A stretch of 64,000 nucleotides of DNA from Zancudomyces culisetae HAW-14-8 (taxonomy: Eukaryota > Fungi > Kickxellomycota). The notes beneath the pieces were generated by a model. It was not told the origin of the DNA. It was given only the letters and a program-made list of their open reading frames with translations, and searched no databases. The position numbers and the translations under genes are program-made. Shown piece by piece: positions 1 to 12,070 of the stretch; within the stretch, counting starts at the first letter, position 1; each line of letters opens with the position of its first letter. The stretch spans positions 1,798,001 to 1,862,000 of the forward strand of contig JBNJNM010000008.1 of the NCBI GenBank assembly GCA_052426225.1, read 5' to 3'.

Positions 1-4
1 AGAA

Positions 5-1711
5 ATGATGGGAGGAGATGCAGAGGAGCAGGACCAGGAGGATGGAGAAGATGAGCGGTATGGAGGAGAAGGGGGAACACATCGAAAGAAAATGCGACAC
101 AGAGAAGGAGGCAGCAAAAGCTGGGAGGTTGAAGGAACAGGGAATCTTGGGGAGCATGCCTTCTTGGATGAGTGGAAAGCAGATTTGATGGGAGATGAAA
201 AGGATCGGGCACGTTTAAATGCACTTCCAGAAGTGGAAAGAGAGCGGATTTTGGCAGAGCGACAGGAGCAGCGGGATATAATGTGGGAACGAATGGAGTT
301 GAAGAGAAAGCTGGAGGAAGGAGCGGCAGTGACTGCGGCAACCGCAAGCAAAGGTAAAAAGCAAGGGAAAAGTAGAGGGTACAATGAGTATGATGACGAG
401 GAAGAGGAGGAAGAGGAAGAGGAGGAGGAATACGAAGAGGAGGGGGATGAAGAGGGGGAAGGGAGAGCAAGAGGAAGGGGGATGAGAAGACAGGATGACG
501 ATTACAAGGGGGGATTGAGAGGAAGAAGCAGGGCAGTAAAGGCATCAACAGCACAGCTAAAAGAGCTTCGGCGTAAGCGGGGAGAAAAGGCACATAAACA
601 TTCAGGACATAGATCAGGTAGAGGAGGGAGAGGAATGGAAGGCGAAAGAGAGGACGAGGGAGATGAAGAGGAGGAAGATGAAGAGAGCGATGAGGATATG
701 GAAAGAGGAGAGAGGGAGAGAGGGAGAGGAGGGGAGAGAGGAGGAAAAGAAGGAGGAGAAGGAGAGGTGGCTACGGCAGAGATGCTAAGCAAGGTACGGC
801 TGAGCCGCGATGTATTGGAAAAATGGGTATATACGCCATTATTTAGAGAAACGGTTGAGGGCAGTTATGTGAGGATCAAAAAGAGTAACGGCAAGTATGG
901 AGTGGCGCAGATTCTAAAAGTATTGGAACACACAGAGCCGGCATATGTAGTGAGACGGCATTGGATAGATGTTCGACTACGGGTACATTTGGCCAACGAG
1001 GAAACGGCGCGAGATATTCGAATAGACGAAGCATCGAATGAGGATTTTGGTAGCAGAGAGTATTATGAGTTTATAGAGTTTGCAAAGGGGCAAATGGGTA
1101 AAAGACACAAACAAAGCATACGATATCCAAGCGAACAATATATTAACAACAAAATAAAGGATATTGGAGTAAAAAACAACTACGAAATGACAACCAAGGA
1201 TATTGATGAGCGGGTCAGAACATTGCAAGAGGTTGGGAAGCGTGGAGGAAATACTACGGCGCGACGTGGAGAGATCATGTTCAAGTTGCAGTATGCACAA
1301 CAGGAAAACAATACCGAGGAGATCGAGCGGTTAACCAATGAGCTCAACAAACTGCAACGAACGGCAGGAGGAGAGAGTGATAAACCCAAGCAGACAGGAA
1401 GCGGGCTGGTAAACATTCCACTGGTTGGAGCAACGTTTCTTAACCGACAAAAACAAAAGCAACAGCAACATGAGCAACAGAAAACCCAACAACTTCAACA
1501 ACAACAACAACTTCAACAACAACAACAACTTCAACAACAACAGCAAATTCAACTACAACAACAACAGTCAATTGAACAACAAAAGCAGCAACTACAACTA
1601 CAAAATCCGGTTGCAGAGAAACCGGTTCTGAAAGTTCGAGTCAGCCGCAATTTTGGAAAGCTAATGGCAGTGCAACGCATCAATTTGGACCAGCACTGTT
1701 TCCGCGACTAA
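5..1711 (+). CDS. RTF1: Paf1 complex subunit Rtf1 (histone-modification domain + Plus3 domain); N-terminus may extend beyond the window
   Basis: DEKDRARLNALPEVERERILAER (Rtf1 HMD-like) and LSKVRLSRDVLEKWVYTPLFRETVEGSYVRI (Plus3 start); acidic low-complexity N-terminus; poly-Q near the C-terminus. Confidence 0.88.
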   Translation: MMGGDAEEQDQEDGEDERYGGEGGTHRKKMRHREGGSKSWEVEGTGNLGEHAFLDEWKADLMGDEKDRARLNALPEVERERILAERQEQRDIMWERMELKRKLEEGAAVTAATASKGKKQGKSRGYNEYDDEEEEEEEEEEEYEEEGDEEGEGRARGRGMRRQDDDYKGGLRGRSRAVKASTAQLKELRRKRGEKAHKHSGHRSGRGGRGMEGEREDEGDEEEEDEESDEDMERGERERGRGGERGGKEGGEGEVATAEMLSKVRLSRDVLEKWVYTPLFRETVEGSYVRIKKSNGKYGVAQILKVLEHTEPAYVVRRHWIDVRLRVHLANEETARDIRIDEASNEDFGSREYYEFIEFAKGQMGKRHKQSIRYPSEQYINNKIKDIGVKNNYEMTTKDIDERVRTLQEVGKRGGNTTARRGEIMFKLQYAQQENNTEEIERLTNELNKLQRTAGGESDKPKQTGSGLVNIPLVGATFLNRQKQKQQQHEQQKTQQLQQQQQLQQQQQLQQQQQIQLQQQQSIEQQKQQLQLQNPVAEKPVLKVRVSRNFGKLMAVQRINLDQHCFRD

Positions 1712-3173
1712 TATCGAAATACTTGTTTGGATGGGTAATGCCCTCAAGTTCAGAGTGTGTCTGGGCCTCAAGGAACCGAGTACACGCGACCTGGTAATGG
1801 TTTGTCTTGGCCAGCCGCAGAATCTCGTCGTTGCAGGTGCCAATGGTTGATAGATACATCTTGAGCTTTTTTTCCTCAAACGTTTTGAACGGACAGCCGT
1901 GGCAATCCCGGTTTCCCATTGGTCCGCTGTTGCTTAGAATCCGAGCACACGAGTATGGAGTGTAGTTTGCGCGTTTACCTTCAACTCCGTAACTGTGACG
2001 GATATTGTAGGCATATTCCTTGTCAAACTTATCGGCTGTGACCTTTCGGCCAAACTTTTGTTTCCAATAAGCAAGTGCTTCTGGTAATTTCAATCCAATG
2101 CCCTTCAAAAACAGTCCATATTGCAATCGGGCAAAGTGTCGCAAGTGTGAGTGTTCGTCCAATTGCATCTTAATGTATCTCATACACGGTGGGAAATGCT
2201 TGGATACGTCTTCAATATCCTCCACTCCAATCTCTTGCCCTCCGCCACTTCCGCCGCCATATTCGTCGCCTTTGCCAATTTGGTATTGTCCACTCATGTT
2301 TTCCAAGATCCCTTGGATCCGTTCATCGCTATCCAGTCTTGGTAGTGCCACATGACACTGCCAAATTCCCTCTTCAATCTGCCGTTTAAATTTCTCTACC
2401 AACAGAATCTTCAGCTCATCCTGACTGATAATTGCTCTTCCTTTTACCACCACCACTTTGCGTCGGTATACCAGATCCACCACTTTTTCAAAGTCTACAT
2501 AGTATAACTTTCGTCCATAGCTTTTGTTGTAAAACTTTATATTTGCTACTTTTTCTTTATCTTCAATATCGACTATCTCTTCGACCTGTAGCTCTGCCTC
2601 TCCAACTATCAAACTTGCTTCGTTGCTACTGATTTGGTTATATAGCCTTGCTTTAAACAGCAATGTCTCTTGTTTGACAAACCATCTCATCAACTCCTCG
2701 CTTCTGCTAAATGATAGTCGCAAAATATAATGTGAAATATGGTCTTTTCTCCGTTCTCGTAAAGTTTGTTCCCAATTTGTACTATTACTTGACAAGTAGA
2801 GTTTGAATTTACGCGTAGCCTCAATAATCTTTTGTTCAACTACACTCATTCTATCTCCTTCTCCCTTATTTTTACCCTGAGTTGCCAAAATATTATGTTC
2901 CGGACTTGTTATTGCTTTTATTGATAATATTTCAATCTCTTGTAGTAGTTGTAGTCGATCCAATGCAAAACTCTCAAATTCCTCAATGCTAATATTGGTG
3001 TCCGGTGGTTGGGTGTACCAATTTACTCGTTGTTGGTACCTTTGTGCATCTTTGATATCTTCTTGTGTACCATGTGATGGAAAGGTCGAAAACTGATCGA
3101 GGCCACTATCGTATTGCCCCCCACCCAGTTTTTGTACTCCTATGGGTTTTTTGACTGATCTTTGTTGAAACAT
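1680..3173 (-). CDS. PRI2: DNA primase large subunit
   Basis: ISIEEFESFALDRL, RRKDHISHYILRL, FPPCM, HLRHFARLQYGLFLKGIG, YNIRHSYG, PYSC, HGCPF, ACTRF (four Fe-S cysteines), HPNKYF. Confidence 0.97.
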   Translation of the reverse strand: MFQQRSVKKPIGVQKLGGGQYDSGLDQFSTFPSHGTQEDIKDAQRYQQRVNWYTQPPDTNISIEEFESFALDRLQLLQEIEILSIKAITSPEHNILATQGKNKGEGDRMSVVEQKIIEATRKFKLYLSSNSTNWEQTLRERRKDHISHYILRLSFSRSEELMRWFVKQETLLFKARLYNQISSNEASLIVGEAELQVEEIVDIEDKEKVANIKFYNKSYGRKLYYVDFEKVVDLVYRRKVVVVKGRAIISQDELKILLVEKFKRQIEEGIWQCHVALPRLDSDERIQGILENMSGQYQIGKGDEYGGGSGGGQEIGVEDIEDVSKHFPPCMRYIKMQLDEHSHLRHFARLQYGLFLKGIGLKLPEALAYWKQKFGRKVTADKFDKEYAYNIRHSYGVEGKRANYTPYSCARILSNSGPMGNRDCHGCPFKTFEEKKLKMYLSTIGTCNDEILRLAKTNHYQVACTRFLEAQTHSELEGITHPNKYFDISRGNSAGPN

Positions 3174-3840
3174 TCTCGCTCTCTATCTATCTACCTATCT
3201 ACCTATCTACCTATTTTGTTATTTATTATTCTCCAAGTTTATTATAGCGAAGGTTTATTTTTTATTTTTTCTTTATAATTACTAGCGATTAAATTGTAAC
3301 AATAATTTCACCCACTTATTTTGATGCCTTTAATTTTATTTGCTTGCATTATTTTTATTTTTGTTTTTGTTTTGTTTCCCTAGGATATATGGTTAAATTT
3401 TGTTTATTTTGTTTATTTACTAAAAATACTAACAAAATTAAAATTAAAATTAAATAAAATTAAATAAAACCCCCCCCTTACTAAGCTAGTAATATCACCA
3501 AATCGATAATCACGCATTCCTTATAAAAAGTGTAAAAAAGTAAAGTAAATTCCGAGATAAATTTTTTTCTTGCAATTTTTAACAACACTTCCCCCCACAT
3601 TTCTCTCATTTCTCGCATTTCCCAACCTTCTTCTTCACGACCACCTGCACGCACGCGCCTTCTTTTTCACATTGAAAATAAATAAAAAAACAACTAACCA
3701 AAGAGTTTGGATTCTTAATATCAATTTTATACTTGATATCAAATACCTTGATATATACTAAACTAGCAAGGTTTAAAAAATATTTTTTTACTCTAACCCT
3801 TACTCTATTATACTATATCCTTTATTTTTTTTTGTTTGAA

Positions 3841-4860
3841 ATGAGTGATTACGAAGGAAATAATAATCCCGATGACGAATTGTCGTTACCCCGAGGTAAG
3901 CTTCCCCTCTCCCCTTTTTACTCTTTTATTCTTCCTTTTCTTCCTTTCTATATTTCATACTCTGACTTTTTTATTTTACTTTTCACCATCACCATCAATC
4001 TTTTATTTCGAATTTTCATTATATTTACACAACTTGTATACTTTATCTTTGTCTCTTATATCAATATCAATAGCCACTGTTTATAAACTCATTGGCGAAA
4101 TGTTGCCAGATGATGTAACTTGTGCAAAAGAAACCAGGGATCTGCTTATCGATTGTTGTAACGGTAAATATATCATTTTATTACTCTCCTCTTGTGCAAT
4201 TTCTTACATTTTTCAACTTTATTCTTTTTCTTCATATACTATCAGTAAATTTTCAATTGAATTAGTAATTCGGTTTTGGCATTGGTATATTAAAATTTAT
4301 GTATGTCATAATTAATATGATAGAATTTATTCATTTGGTTGCTAGTGAAGCAAATGATGTTTGTGAAAAAGAATCCAAAAAAACGATAGCACCCGAACAC
4401 GTGTTGACCGCGCTTAAAGTATGTCTTTAACCTATTCTCTTTTCTTTTTTTTTTCTTTTTTGACCTTGATACAAATGTTATTTACAGTTGGTATTTTTGG
4501 ATACTCTAACCAAGATTTACAATTGTTACTATATCTAAAGGATTTGGGCTTTGAGGGTTATATAAGTGAAGTCAAGGAAGCTTATTCCGATCACAAAACC
4601 CAGCAATCAAAGGTATGTTATATTGTATATTTTTTAATACCTTTTATTATTATCATGTATATACGACAAACCTACCACCACCATTTTCTTTTTTTAATAT
4701 GAATTTTGTATTAAAAATATAGGACAAGAGCAAGAAAAGTACAAAACTGGAGCAATTAGGATTGTCTCAAGAGGAACTATTAAAGTCTCAAGAGGCCTTG
4801 TTTGCACAAGCTAGGATGAGGTACGAAATGAATGCAAAAAAAACAGAACATGATCAATGA
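3841..4860 (+). CDS. NCB2: NC2 beta subunit (Dr1), 5 exons
   Basis: Splicing at GT-AG introns gives MSDYEGNNNPDDELSLPR/ATVYKLIGEMLP..KETRDLLIDCCN/EFIHLVASEANDVCEKESKKTIAPEHVLTALK/DLGFEGYISEV../..GLSQEELLKSQEALFAQAR. Confidence 0.93.
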
Positions 4861-4910
4861 TAATTTCCGGTGTACTATCATTACTGTTATCATCAATATC
4901 ATTCAATACT

Positions 4911-4950
4911 AACACCAACACCAACACCAACACCAACACCAACACCAACA
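4911..4950. repeat. (AACACC)n microsatellite
   Basis: Tandem hexamer read directly. Confidence 0.9.
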
Positions 4951-5919
4951 TCATCGTTTATCACCTTTGATATTTTGCTTTTGTTTTTATTTTATTTTTT
5001 TGTAAGCCTGATGTGCTTTCTTTTTTATTAATGTAGTTTTATTTAGTTATACACGTTTTTCGTTTTTCGTTTTTTGTTTTTTTTTGTTTTTTTTGTTTTT
5101 ACTAACATTTGGGTTCAACTATTTCGTATTTATATTACCCTCAAACAAAATATAATAATATATCAACAACATACAATAAACCAGGGAGGTGGGAGAGTGT
5201 AGGTCTCGACAGTTTATACGAGCCGAGAAGAGATGGACGTGTAAGGTTGGGGACTCATCTATTGATTTATTACAAGGAAGATGGATGAATATATTTCCCC
5301 TCCCCCGCCTCTCCCCAGCTCAAGGTTTTCTGCAATACACGAACTAAATTGCTCTAGAATATTTTAATTTTTTTCATTATTGATTTGATTGTATCCCGCT
5401 TTTTTCAATGTTAATATTTTTATTTTTTTAGTTTTTTTTTTTGCACTCAAATCACAAGAAACTTGAAAATATCGGAATTGAAATTATTTTAAATCCCTTG
5501 CCCCCCCTCCCTTCCTCTTCCAGAATGTGATTCCAAAACATGTATAAAACAAAGTAGAATGAATATAGATTAAAATAATACTAAAAACAGTAGACCAAGA
5601 TACACACTACCCTTTTATTTTTTAATTGTGATGGACATACTTGTAAATTATCAAACAAATATTTATTCACAAGTCAGGAATACCTCAAAATTAGTATAAA
5701 AGGCAAATAAATGATCACAGTGAAAAAAAGAAATCACCCTCTCACTTATACACACTATAAATATACTATAAAACATAAAAAATATCTTGATACCATAACC
5801 AAAGTTTATTAGAGTTTTCGATTTTTAAAACACTCTTGGTTACTTTTTCACTGTTTTTTCTTTCTTGCTTTCTAAATATTCGAATAAAAAAGTAATACAA
5901 ACTCGATAGCATACATTTA

Positions 5920-7635
5920 ATGGTATCACTACGCGAATTGATTGAGGATAACTTTGGCCTCACAGGTATTATTATTTTTTTCTTTCTTTTTCCTTTTCTT
6001 TTCTCCTTACTACATACACATATCTACTTGACCTCATGTTCCTTTTATTTCTTTTCCTACAATTAATCATATACCTAAATTATTCATTCAAACTTTACCT
6101 TTACCTTACTTTACATTACTAACCCCAACCTTTGTATATAACGACCATTGACTATTCTAGAAACTTCAAACAAAAACGAATTTTATTCGGTTAATGACTG
6201 GGAGTTTGCTAACGGCAGACCAATGTATGGTAATTACCAGCAACAACAATATCATTACCAATATCATTATTACCATTAAAATTACAAAACGAACTGTAAA
6301 AGATGAATAAAGTTTAGAAGCGTAATTTCCTTTTTTTTTTGTGGGTATATCAAATAGGTGGTCAGCTTGCCGCACAGTCACTTGCATGTGCTGTACTAAC
6401 TACCGATCAAGGATTTGTTGTTCATGTAATTCCTCTTTTACTTTACTTGTTTTTGTTTTGTAAAAGTATAATATTCAACAAACACTCTCATAAACAGCGA
6501 TACGGATACGATAAAATAAAAAATAAAAGCTAAACACTAAAAACTAAAAACTATAAAAAATTATCTAGTCGCTCCATTCGTATTTCGTTAATGCTGGGAA
6601 AATCTTTGTACCTGTAACTTTTTCAGTAAAAGTGGTTAGAAATGGTAAGTCTCTCTTTTATGCTTTACTTTGAGACAGTTGATGTATTTTTTTTCTTTGT
6701 TGGTAACATGTATATTATTATTACTACTTGTTTTAGGAGGAGGATTTTGCATAAGAAGCGTGACTGCAAAACAAAATGGGGTTACCATTTTCATAATGCT
6801 ATGTAGTTTCCAACGACTTCCAACAAAAAAATCCATTGGCCATCAGGCGAAAATGCCAGATGTACTGCCAGTACTCGACAAGACTACCGAGTATGGTAGA
6901 ATGGTTCAAGAACAAAGGCGTATGACTGTACAAAGTTACCCGGTGGATACCGACATCATGATGATGAAGCGGGTCCCAATTTCATCACGTTTGGCAGTTC
7001 CAGTCGATCCATCATTGCAGGAAAACTTTAAGTTGGGGGTGAATGACCACCTGAACAAGTTGTATGCCAAAAAACAGTTAAATGATAGTGTTAAACAGCT
7101 TCGACTTCCTTACAATCTGCGATGGATGCGGGTAGACAAACAAATACCCGTGGTTGATTCAACAAGTGCATCAAAGAACAGCGCGGCAGACAATATTAAC
7201 ATTCATATATTGCTACTGACACTTCTTTCAGATTTCCGAATTATCCTCAACGCGTATCTACCACACTTTTTTGGATACAATTATGAGAGAAACAGAAACA
7301 CAATGTCAACCAGTTTGGACCATACAGTGCATTTCCACTCATACGAAGGACTGGATACTTCCAAGTGGCATTTATTTGAGTTAGAGTCACACCGAGTCAA
7401 AAATAGCCGAGGGATGACATTAATCAAAATTTATAATAGTGAAACTGGAGTACATGTTGCCACAGTTTCTCAAGAGCACTTGTTAAAATCTGTACCAAAC
7501 ACAGAGTTTTCAGGTGTTGGGGGTGAAGTGCCAGATTTCATGTTTGTCAATAGTCCTCCACGGCATAATGTACCTGACGAACCTGCACAAAATGCAAATA
7601 ATAGCCAGGCGCTCAAACTCCTTGCAAAACTATAA
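5920..7635 (+). CDS. Acyl-CoA thioesterase II (TesB/ACOT8-like), 5 exons
   Basis: Exons read MVSLRELIEDNFGLT/ETSNKNEFYSVNDW..MYG/GQLAAQSL..VVH/SLHSYFVNAG../GGGFCIRSVTAKQNG..SF; C-terminal LLSD, SLDH, SRG and QE motifs. Confidence 0.88.
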
Positions 7636-7879
7636 AAGTGTCTGTGTAGTTCGCTTTATTATACCATTATGATCTTATTACTAATATTCTATTTGAATAA
7701 AATAAAGAGCTGAAGAAAAGAAAAAAACTATTTAAAAAGGGGGATAAGTATTTGGGTGTATATTAGTTTATTATTGTTTTATATTTATTTTATATTTATT
7801 TTATTTTATATTGACAAGTAAATGATACTAGGAACCTGAGAAATCCCAGGTTCACAAACTACCTTCCCTTCCTGCAACC

Positions 7880-7922
7880 ATTACCCATTACCCATTACCC
7901 ATTACCCATATCCCATTACCCA
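7880..7922. repeat. (ATTACCC)n heptamer tandem repeat
   Basis: About 6 units, one imperfect, read directly. Confidence 0.85.
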
Positions 7923-9133
7923 CACCTTGTTTTATTATATTGATTTATTATCCGCTTTTTTCCAACTGGGGTAGAGGGGGGTCTAAATGGAAATTTCTAT
8001 TTCCTATAATAATAAAAAAAGAGGTAGAGGAAAGGGAAAAGCTAGAAAAGCTGGATAAGTATCAATAGTCTAAATTGTAAAAAGTGCCCAAAAGAATAAA
8101 TTTATGAGCGTGTAGGGTATTTAATGGATAGTACTGATTAAGGGGGGGAGGGGATAGATTGTCGAAAAGATTTTATGGTTCCATAGCTAAGTGATTGTGT
8201 GGGCAAATATATTTAAAAACGATGTGATGTATGTAATTAGGAAAATATAATATAATATAATATAATATAAATAATATAATGGTATTCGTTTTAACCAAAG
8301 CATTGGAAAGAAAAAGAATGAAATAGAGGGAGTGTATATGCATGTATGTAGGCAAGTATGTTTGTATTTTTGTATGTTTGTTTGTGTAAAGTGTCGTAAA
8401 GCGGAGTTATAGTTGGAGTTAGGGGGAAATGAGAGGGTGCGTTAATTTACTGGGTAATACCAAATTGTTTCCTTTTTTCAAGCTGTTTATTAGTTAAGAG
8501 TTGACCAAGTATTAAATATGTTTTTAGTTGAACTGTTTTATAAACTTTTCAGTTACCTAGCCCAGAGTATGACGAGAATTTTTTTAAAAAAATGAAAAAG
8601 ATAGAGCATAAAAGAGCCATTACGCTTTTTTAATTTAATTTAATTTATTTTTGATACTTTGGATATTTTGATTTACAATTATTTCCATTCACCACATCCC
8701 ACATCCACAATCAAATCCCAAATCCCCTTTCTCTCCCCCCTCCCTCCTCTTTCTCCTTCCTCTTCTCGTTCCCCCCCTTTTTTTTTCTGCATTTTTGGTT
8801 ACGTTTTCGTGAAAAACTGAATGAACGAATAAATGCAAAACATTTGCATTACATAACATTTTTCTTTATTACTATTGTTTTGCTCCTGTTTATATTTATT
8901 TTTTGCCACTAATTTAATTTATCACTAGAGGGTATACAAGGTGAGAAATAATACGAGAAGAGTATAATAAAACTTTAGAGATTGAACAGGACTGGTAACT
9001 ATAATAGAGTTACTGGTTGTAGACATAAATACTTATATTAAGAGTAGCGGGATTCTTGAAATTTTGACATTATAAAAAAAATTTAAAGCGAATCGAAATC
9101 TAAAATAAATAAAAAACATAAAATACCAAGAAA

Positions 9134-11905
9134 ATGAGAAAAAATAAAAGAGAAACGCAACAAAATCAAGAGATGAAAAGTCCCACAGAAACAGGAATCA
9201 GTACTCCTAATAGCAGCAATGAGGAAGAAATAAAGGGCAACAAGCCCAGCTTTCGTCCAAAAGTGTCGGCCAAATTGTACCAGGGGATGGGAAGTAGCAT
9301 CCGACAAGACAATCAAAACAAAAAGCTTTTGGACTCAAAAAAAGAGGAAAAATACTGGGCCCTAAAAAGTTGGAAAAAACCTAAAGCGTTTAATAGCTAT
9401 AGCAACAAGATACCGTATAATGAAGATGGGCAGCCTCAACAAGACCAAGAAACTGAGCAGGCTGAGCAAGAGCACATTCGAAAACAAAATCAAGAATGGG
9501 AACAGGAACGGGTACGGGAGCGGGAATCAGAGCAAGGAAAAAGACAAGAAAGGGGGCAGTATGAGAGTAGGGGAGATCGACGAGGTCCTCGTGGAAGGAG
9601 GTTTAAAGAAGAGCGAGAAAAAGAAAAAGAGAGGCAGGAGGAGGAGGAGGAGGGAGAAGAGAGAGAAATAGTGGTCGTACAGAGAAATGAGAGTAATGTA
9701 CAGGGCAAACAGGGGCCAATGGTGGTAGTCGAAGAAAGCAAAGATGGCAGCAATCCAGCAAATGTAAATGGGTTGCTTGATTTTTTGAAGCGCCACGTGC
9801 CTGAGAAAAAGGTGGTTGAAAAGGAGAAAAAGGAGTATAGGTATTCAATGGAGTTTATGATGGCGTTGAGAGAGAGCCCACTTATTGTTGCACCACCAGG
9901 ACTCGAGGAATTTGATGCGTATAGACGAGGCGGAGCAAATGGTGGTGGTGGTGGTGGTGGAGAAGGAGAAAGAGAAAGAGAAAGAGAGGCAGATTATAGA
10001 GGGCAGCACAAAAGAGGAAATAGAAGGACAAGAGAGGCAGGAGGGTATCAAACAAGTGGGTGGAGAGAAAACGGGTTTATAGGAAGAGGAGGAGGAGGAG
10101 GAGGGAGGGGATACAATGAAAGAGTAGTAGAAGGAAGAGAGTATCGAAGAGGAGGTAGAGGAGAGAGGGCAAGTAGGTTACCAGAGTGGATGGATGAAAG
10201 TATTCCAGCAGAAGATAGCGAGGCAGTACTAGGGTTTGGCACAGAGGTTATTGAGAAGGGTAGAAGAGACAGAGAGCGAGAAATGCGAATTGAACAAGAA
10301 TATAGAGAGGAAGAAGAGGAAGGAGGAGGAGGAGTAAGACAAGAACAAGAACAAGAACAGGAACAGGAACAGGAACAGGAACAGGAACGGGTGGGAGAGG
10401 AGCAAGTAATTAGAGAAGAACAGGAGCGACAATCTCGATTTTTGCGGATGTTTGGGCGAGCGGAAACCAGAGGAAGCGAAGGAGTTGAGGAAGTAGAGGA
10501 GCAAAGAAAAGTGGTGGTTGAAAACGAGACACAAAAGGTAGACAAGTTATTCCGGATGATGGGAGCAAAGATATCGCCGACCAGCAGCGGAATGCAACAA
10601 GCAACCGAGCAGCAGAGTGAGAATCCAAAACAGGGAGAAATGGTAGGACGATTATTTGGGCTGATGGATACAGTAAGAGGCCAGAATATTCAACCAGATA
10701 TTCTAAACAAGCAACCTAACAACACTACTAACGCTAACACTACCACCGCTAATACTAACTCCATTGCATCTACTTCTACACCAGTTATCAACGAGGCTTT
10801 ACGTGGAATAGTTCCAACATCTGTATTTCGCAGTTCGGCACAAAAGTCGGTTAATCAACAATCCAAAGACAAGAATAGTAATATAAACAATGTTGGTGGA
10901 GAAAAGAAAAATGAGGAAAACGCACCAAAGGCAGTCAGGAATTTACCAGCATGGCTAGTGGAGCTAACTAACAATTCTGCAGGAAACAAGGACTCGAAAA
11001 CTGGAGCAAGTACAATTCCACCAGAGCCTGAAGTTGCGGATTCTGCAAATTCCGAATTAATGAAGCGGTTGGTGGGACTTAATTTGGTTAATCGTAGTGA
11101 TGCTGTTTCGATTTCATCTGTTTCGGTCCAGGCTCCCACTTCCATACCTACCGATGACATTCCTATTCTTTCTCGAGATGGTTCTCTGCTTGGTATTTCC
11201 AGTCTTTCTGACCAATCTTCAATTCCACTCAATCCTCCTGTCGTTTCTGACCAATCCCAATCCCAATCCCAACCTCAATCCCAACCTCAACTTCAACCTC
11301 CACCTCCACTTTTTACTCCTTCTGAACTCCAACCTCCATTCTTTCCTCCAAATATTAATGCTAATCCAAACATTCAAGATCATGCCCAACTCGCTCATCT
11401 TGCAAATTATTTTAATGAAATGAATTTGTTTTATCAATCTCTACATGACTCTTCTCTTCTCGTTCAACAACAACAACCTCAATCTCAACCCCATCCTCAA
11501 CAACCACATCCCCCTCCTCATCCTCCTCATCCCCATCCTCCTCATGCTCCTCATCCCCATCCCCATCCCCATTCCCACCCTCATCCTCCATTTCCCTTTT
11601 TGCCTCAATATCCTTACCCAATTCATCCCTTTCACCTACCCCCTCCTCCTCCCCACTCTGTAAATAATATTCCTCCTCTAATGCCTCCTACCCCTGACCC
11701 CAATTCCAATCCCCCTTTTGGTGTTCTTCCTCCCCACCCTCACCCTCTCTCTCATCCCCATCCTCCACTTCCACATCCTCTTTTCCCTCCTCAATTTATT
11801 CCTGATCCCCAGCAACAACAACAACAACAACCATCATCCCAACCATTATCATCTCAACCATCATCACAACTACTAAATGATGCTGATAAACCCATTTCCT
11901 CTTAA
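9134..11905 (+). CDS. Intrinsically disordered protein, putative eIF4E-binding translational repressor (4E-T/GIGYF/Eap1-like)
   Basis: 923-aa open frame; YRYSMEFMMALRESP resembles the YxYxxxxLphi 4E-binding motif; LPEWMDE..GF and SRFLRMF motifs; RGG-rich middle; Pro/His/Gln tail. ORF is secure, function is tentative. Confidence 0.55.
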   Translation: MRKNKRETQQNQEMKSPTETGISTPNSSNEEEIKGNKPSFRPKVSAKLYQGMGSSIRQDNQNKKLLDSKKEEKYWALKSWKKPKAFNSYSNKIPYNEDGQPQQDQETEQAEQEHIRKQNQEWEQERVRERESEQGKRQERGQYESRGDRRGPRGRRFKEEREKEKERQEEEEEGEEREIVVVQRNESNVQGKQGPMVVVEESKDGSNPANVNGLLDFLKRHVPEKKVVEKEKKEYRYSMEFMMALRESPLIVAPPGLEEFDAYRRGGANGGGGGGGEGEREREREADYRGQHKRGNRRTREAGGYQTSGWRENGFIGRGGGGGGRGYNERVVEGREYRRGGRGERASRLPEWMDESIPAEDSEAVLGFGTEVIEKGRRDREREMRIEQEYREEEEEGGGGVRQEQEQEQEQEQEQEQERVGEEQVIREEQERQSRFLRMFGRAETRGSEGVEEVEEQRKVVVENETQKVDKLFRMMGAKISPTSSGMQQATEQQSENPKQGEMVGRLFGLMDTVRGQNIQPDILNKQPNNTTNANTTTANTNSIASTSTPVINEALRGIVPTSVFRSSAQKSVNQQSKDKNSNINNVGGEKKNEENAPKAVRNLPAWLVELTNNSAGNKDSKTGASTIPPEPEVADSANSELMKRLVGLNLVNRSDAVSISSVSVQAPTSIPTDDIPILSRDGSLLGISSLSDQSSIPLNPPVVSDQSQSQSQPQSQPQLQPPPPLFTPSELQPPFFPPNINANPNIQDHAQLAHLANYFNEMNLFYQSLHDSSLLVQQQQPQSQPHPQQPHPPPHPPHPHPPHAPHPHPHPHSHPHPPFPFLPQYPYPIHPFHLPPPPPHSVNNIPPLMPPTPDPNSNPPFGVLPPHPHPLSHPHPPLPHPLFPPQFIPDPQQQQQQQPSSQPLSSQPSSQLLNDADKPISS

Positions 11906-12070
11906 CCTTTTTTCCTTTTTTCTCTTTATACATTATCTTGTTTATTTACTTTCTTTAACAGTCTTTTAAAATGTCCACAATTTCATTATTGCAATACAAT
12001 CAAAATCTTTCTTTACTTCTTTTTAAATCAACCTAAAAATAGAAAAGAATAATATCATCATTTTCCCCGT

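Noticed and set aside
502-1631. Antisense and alternate-frame ORFs over RTF1 (likewise over the 9134 ORF, SAC3, RhoGAP and pol)
   Set aside because: Shadow frames of low-complexity or codon-biased coding sequence
7880-7922. Interstitial telomeric repeat
   Set aside because: The unit is ATTACCC, not TAACCC, and the telomere repeat of this organism cannot be determined here
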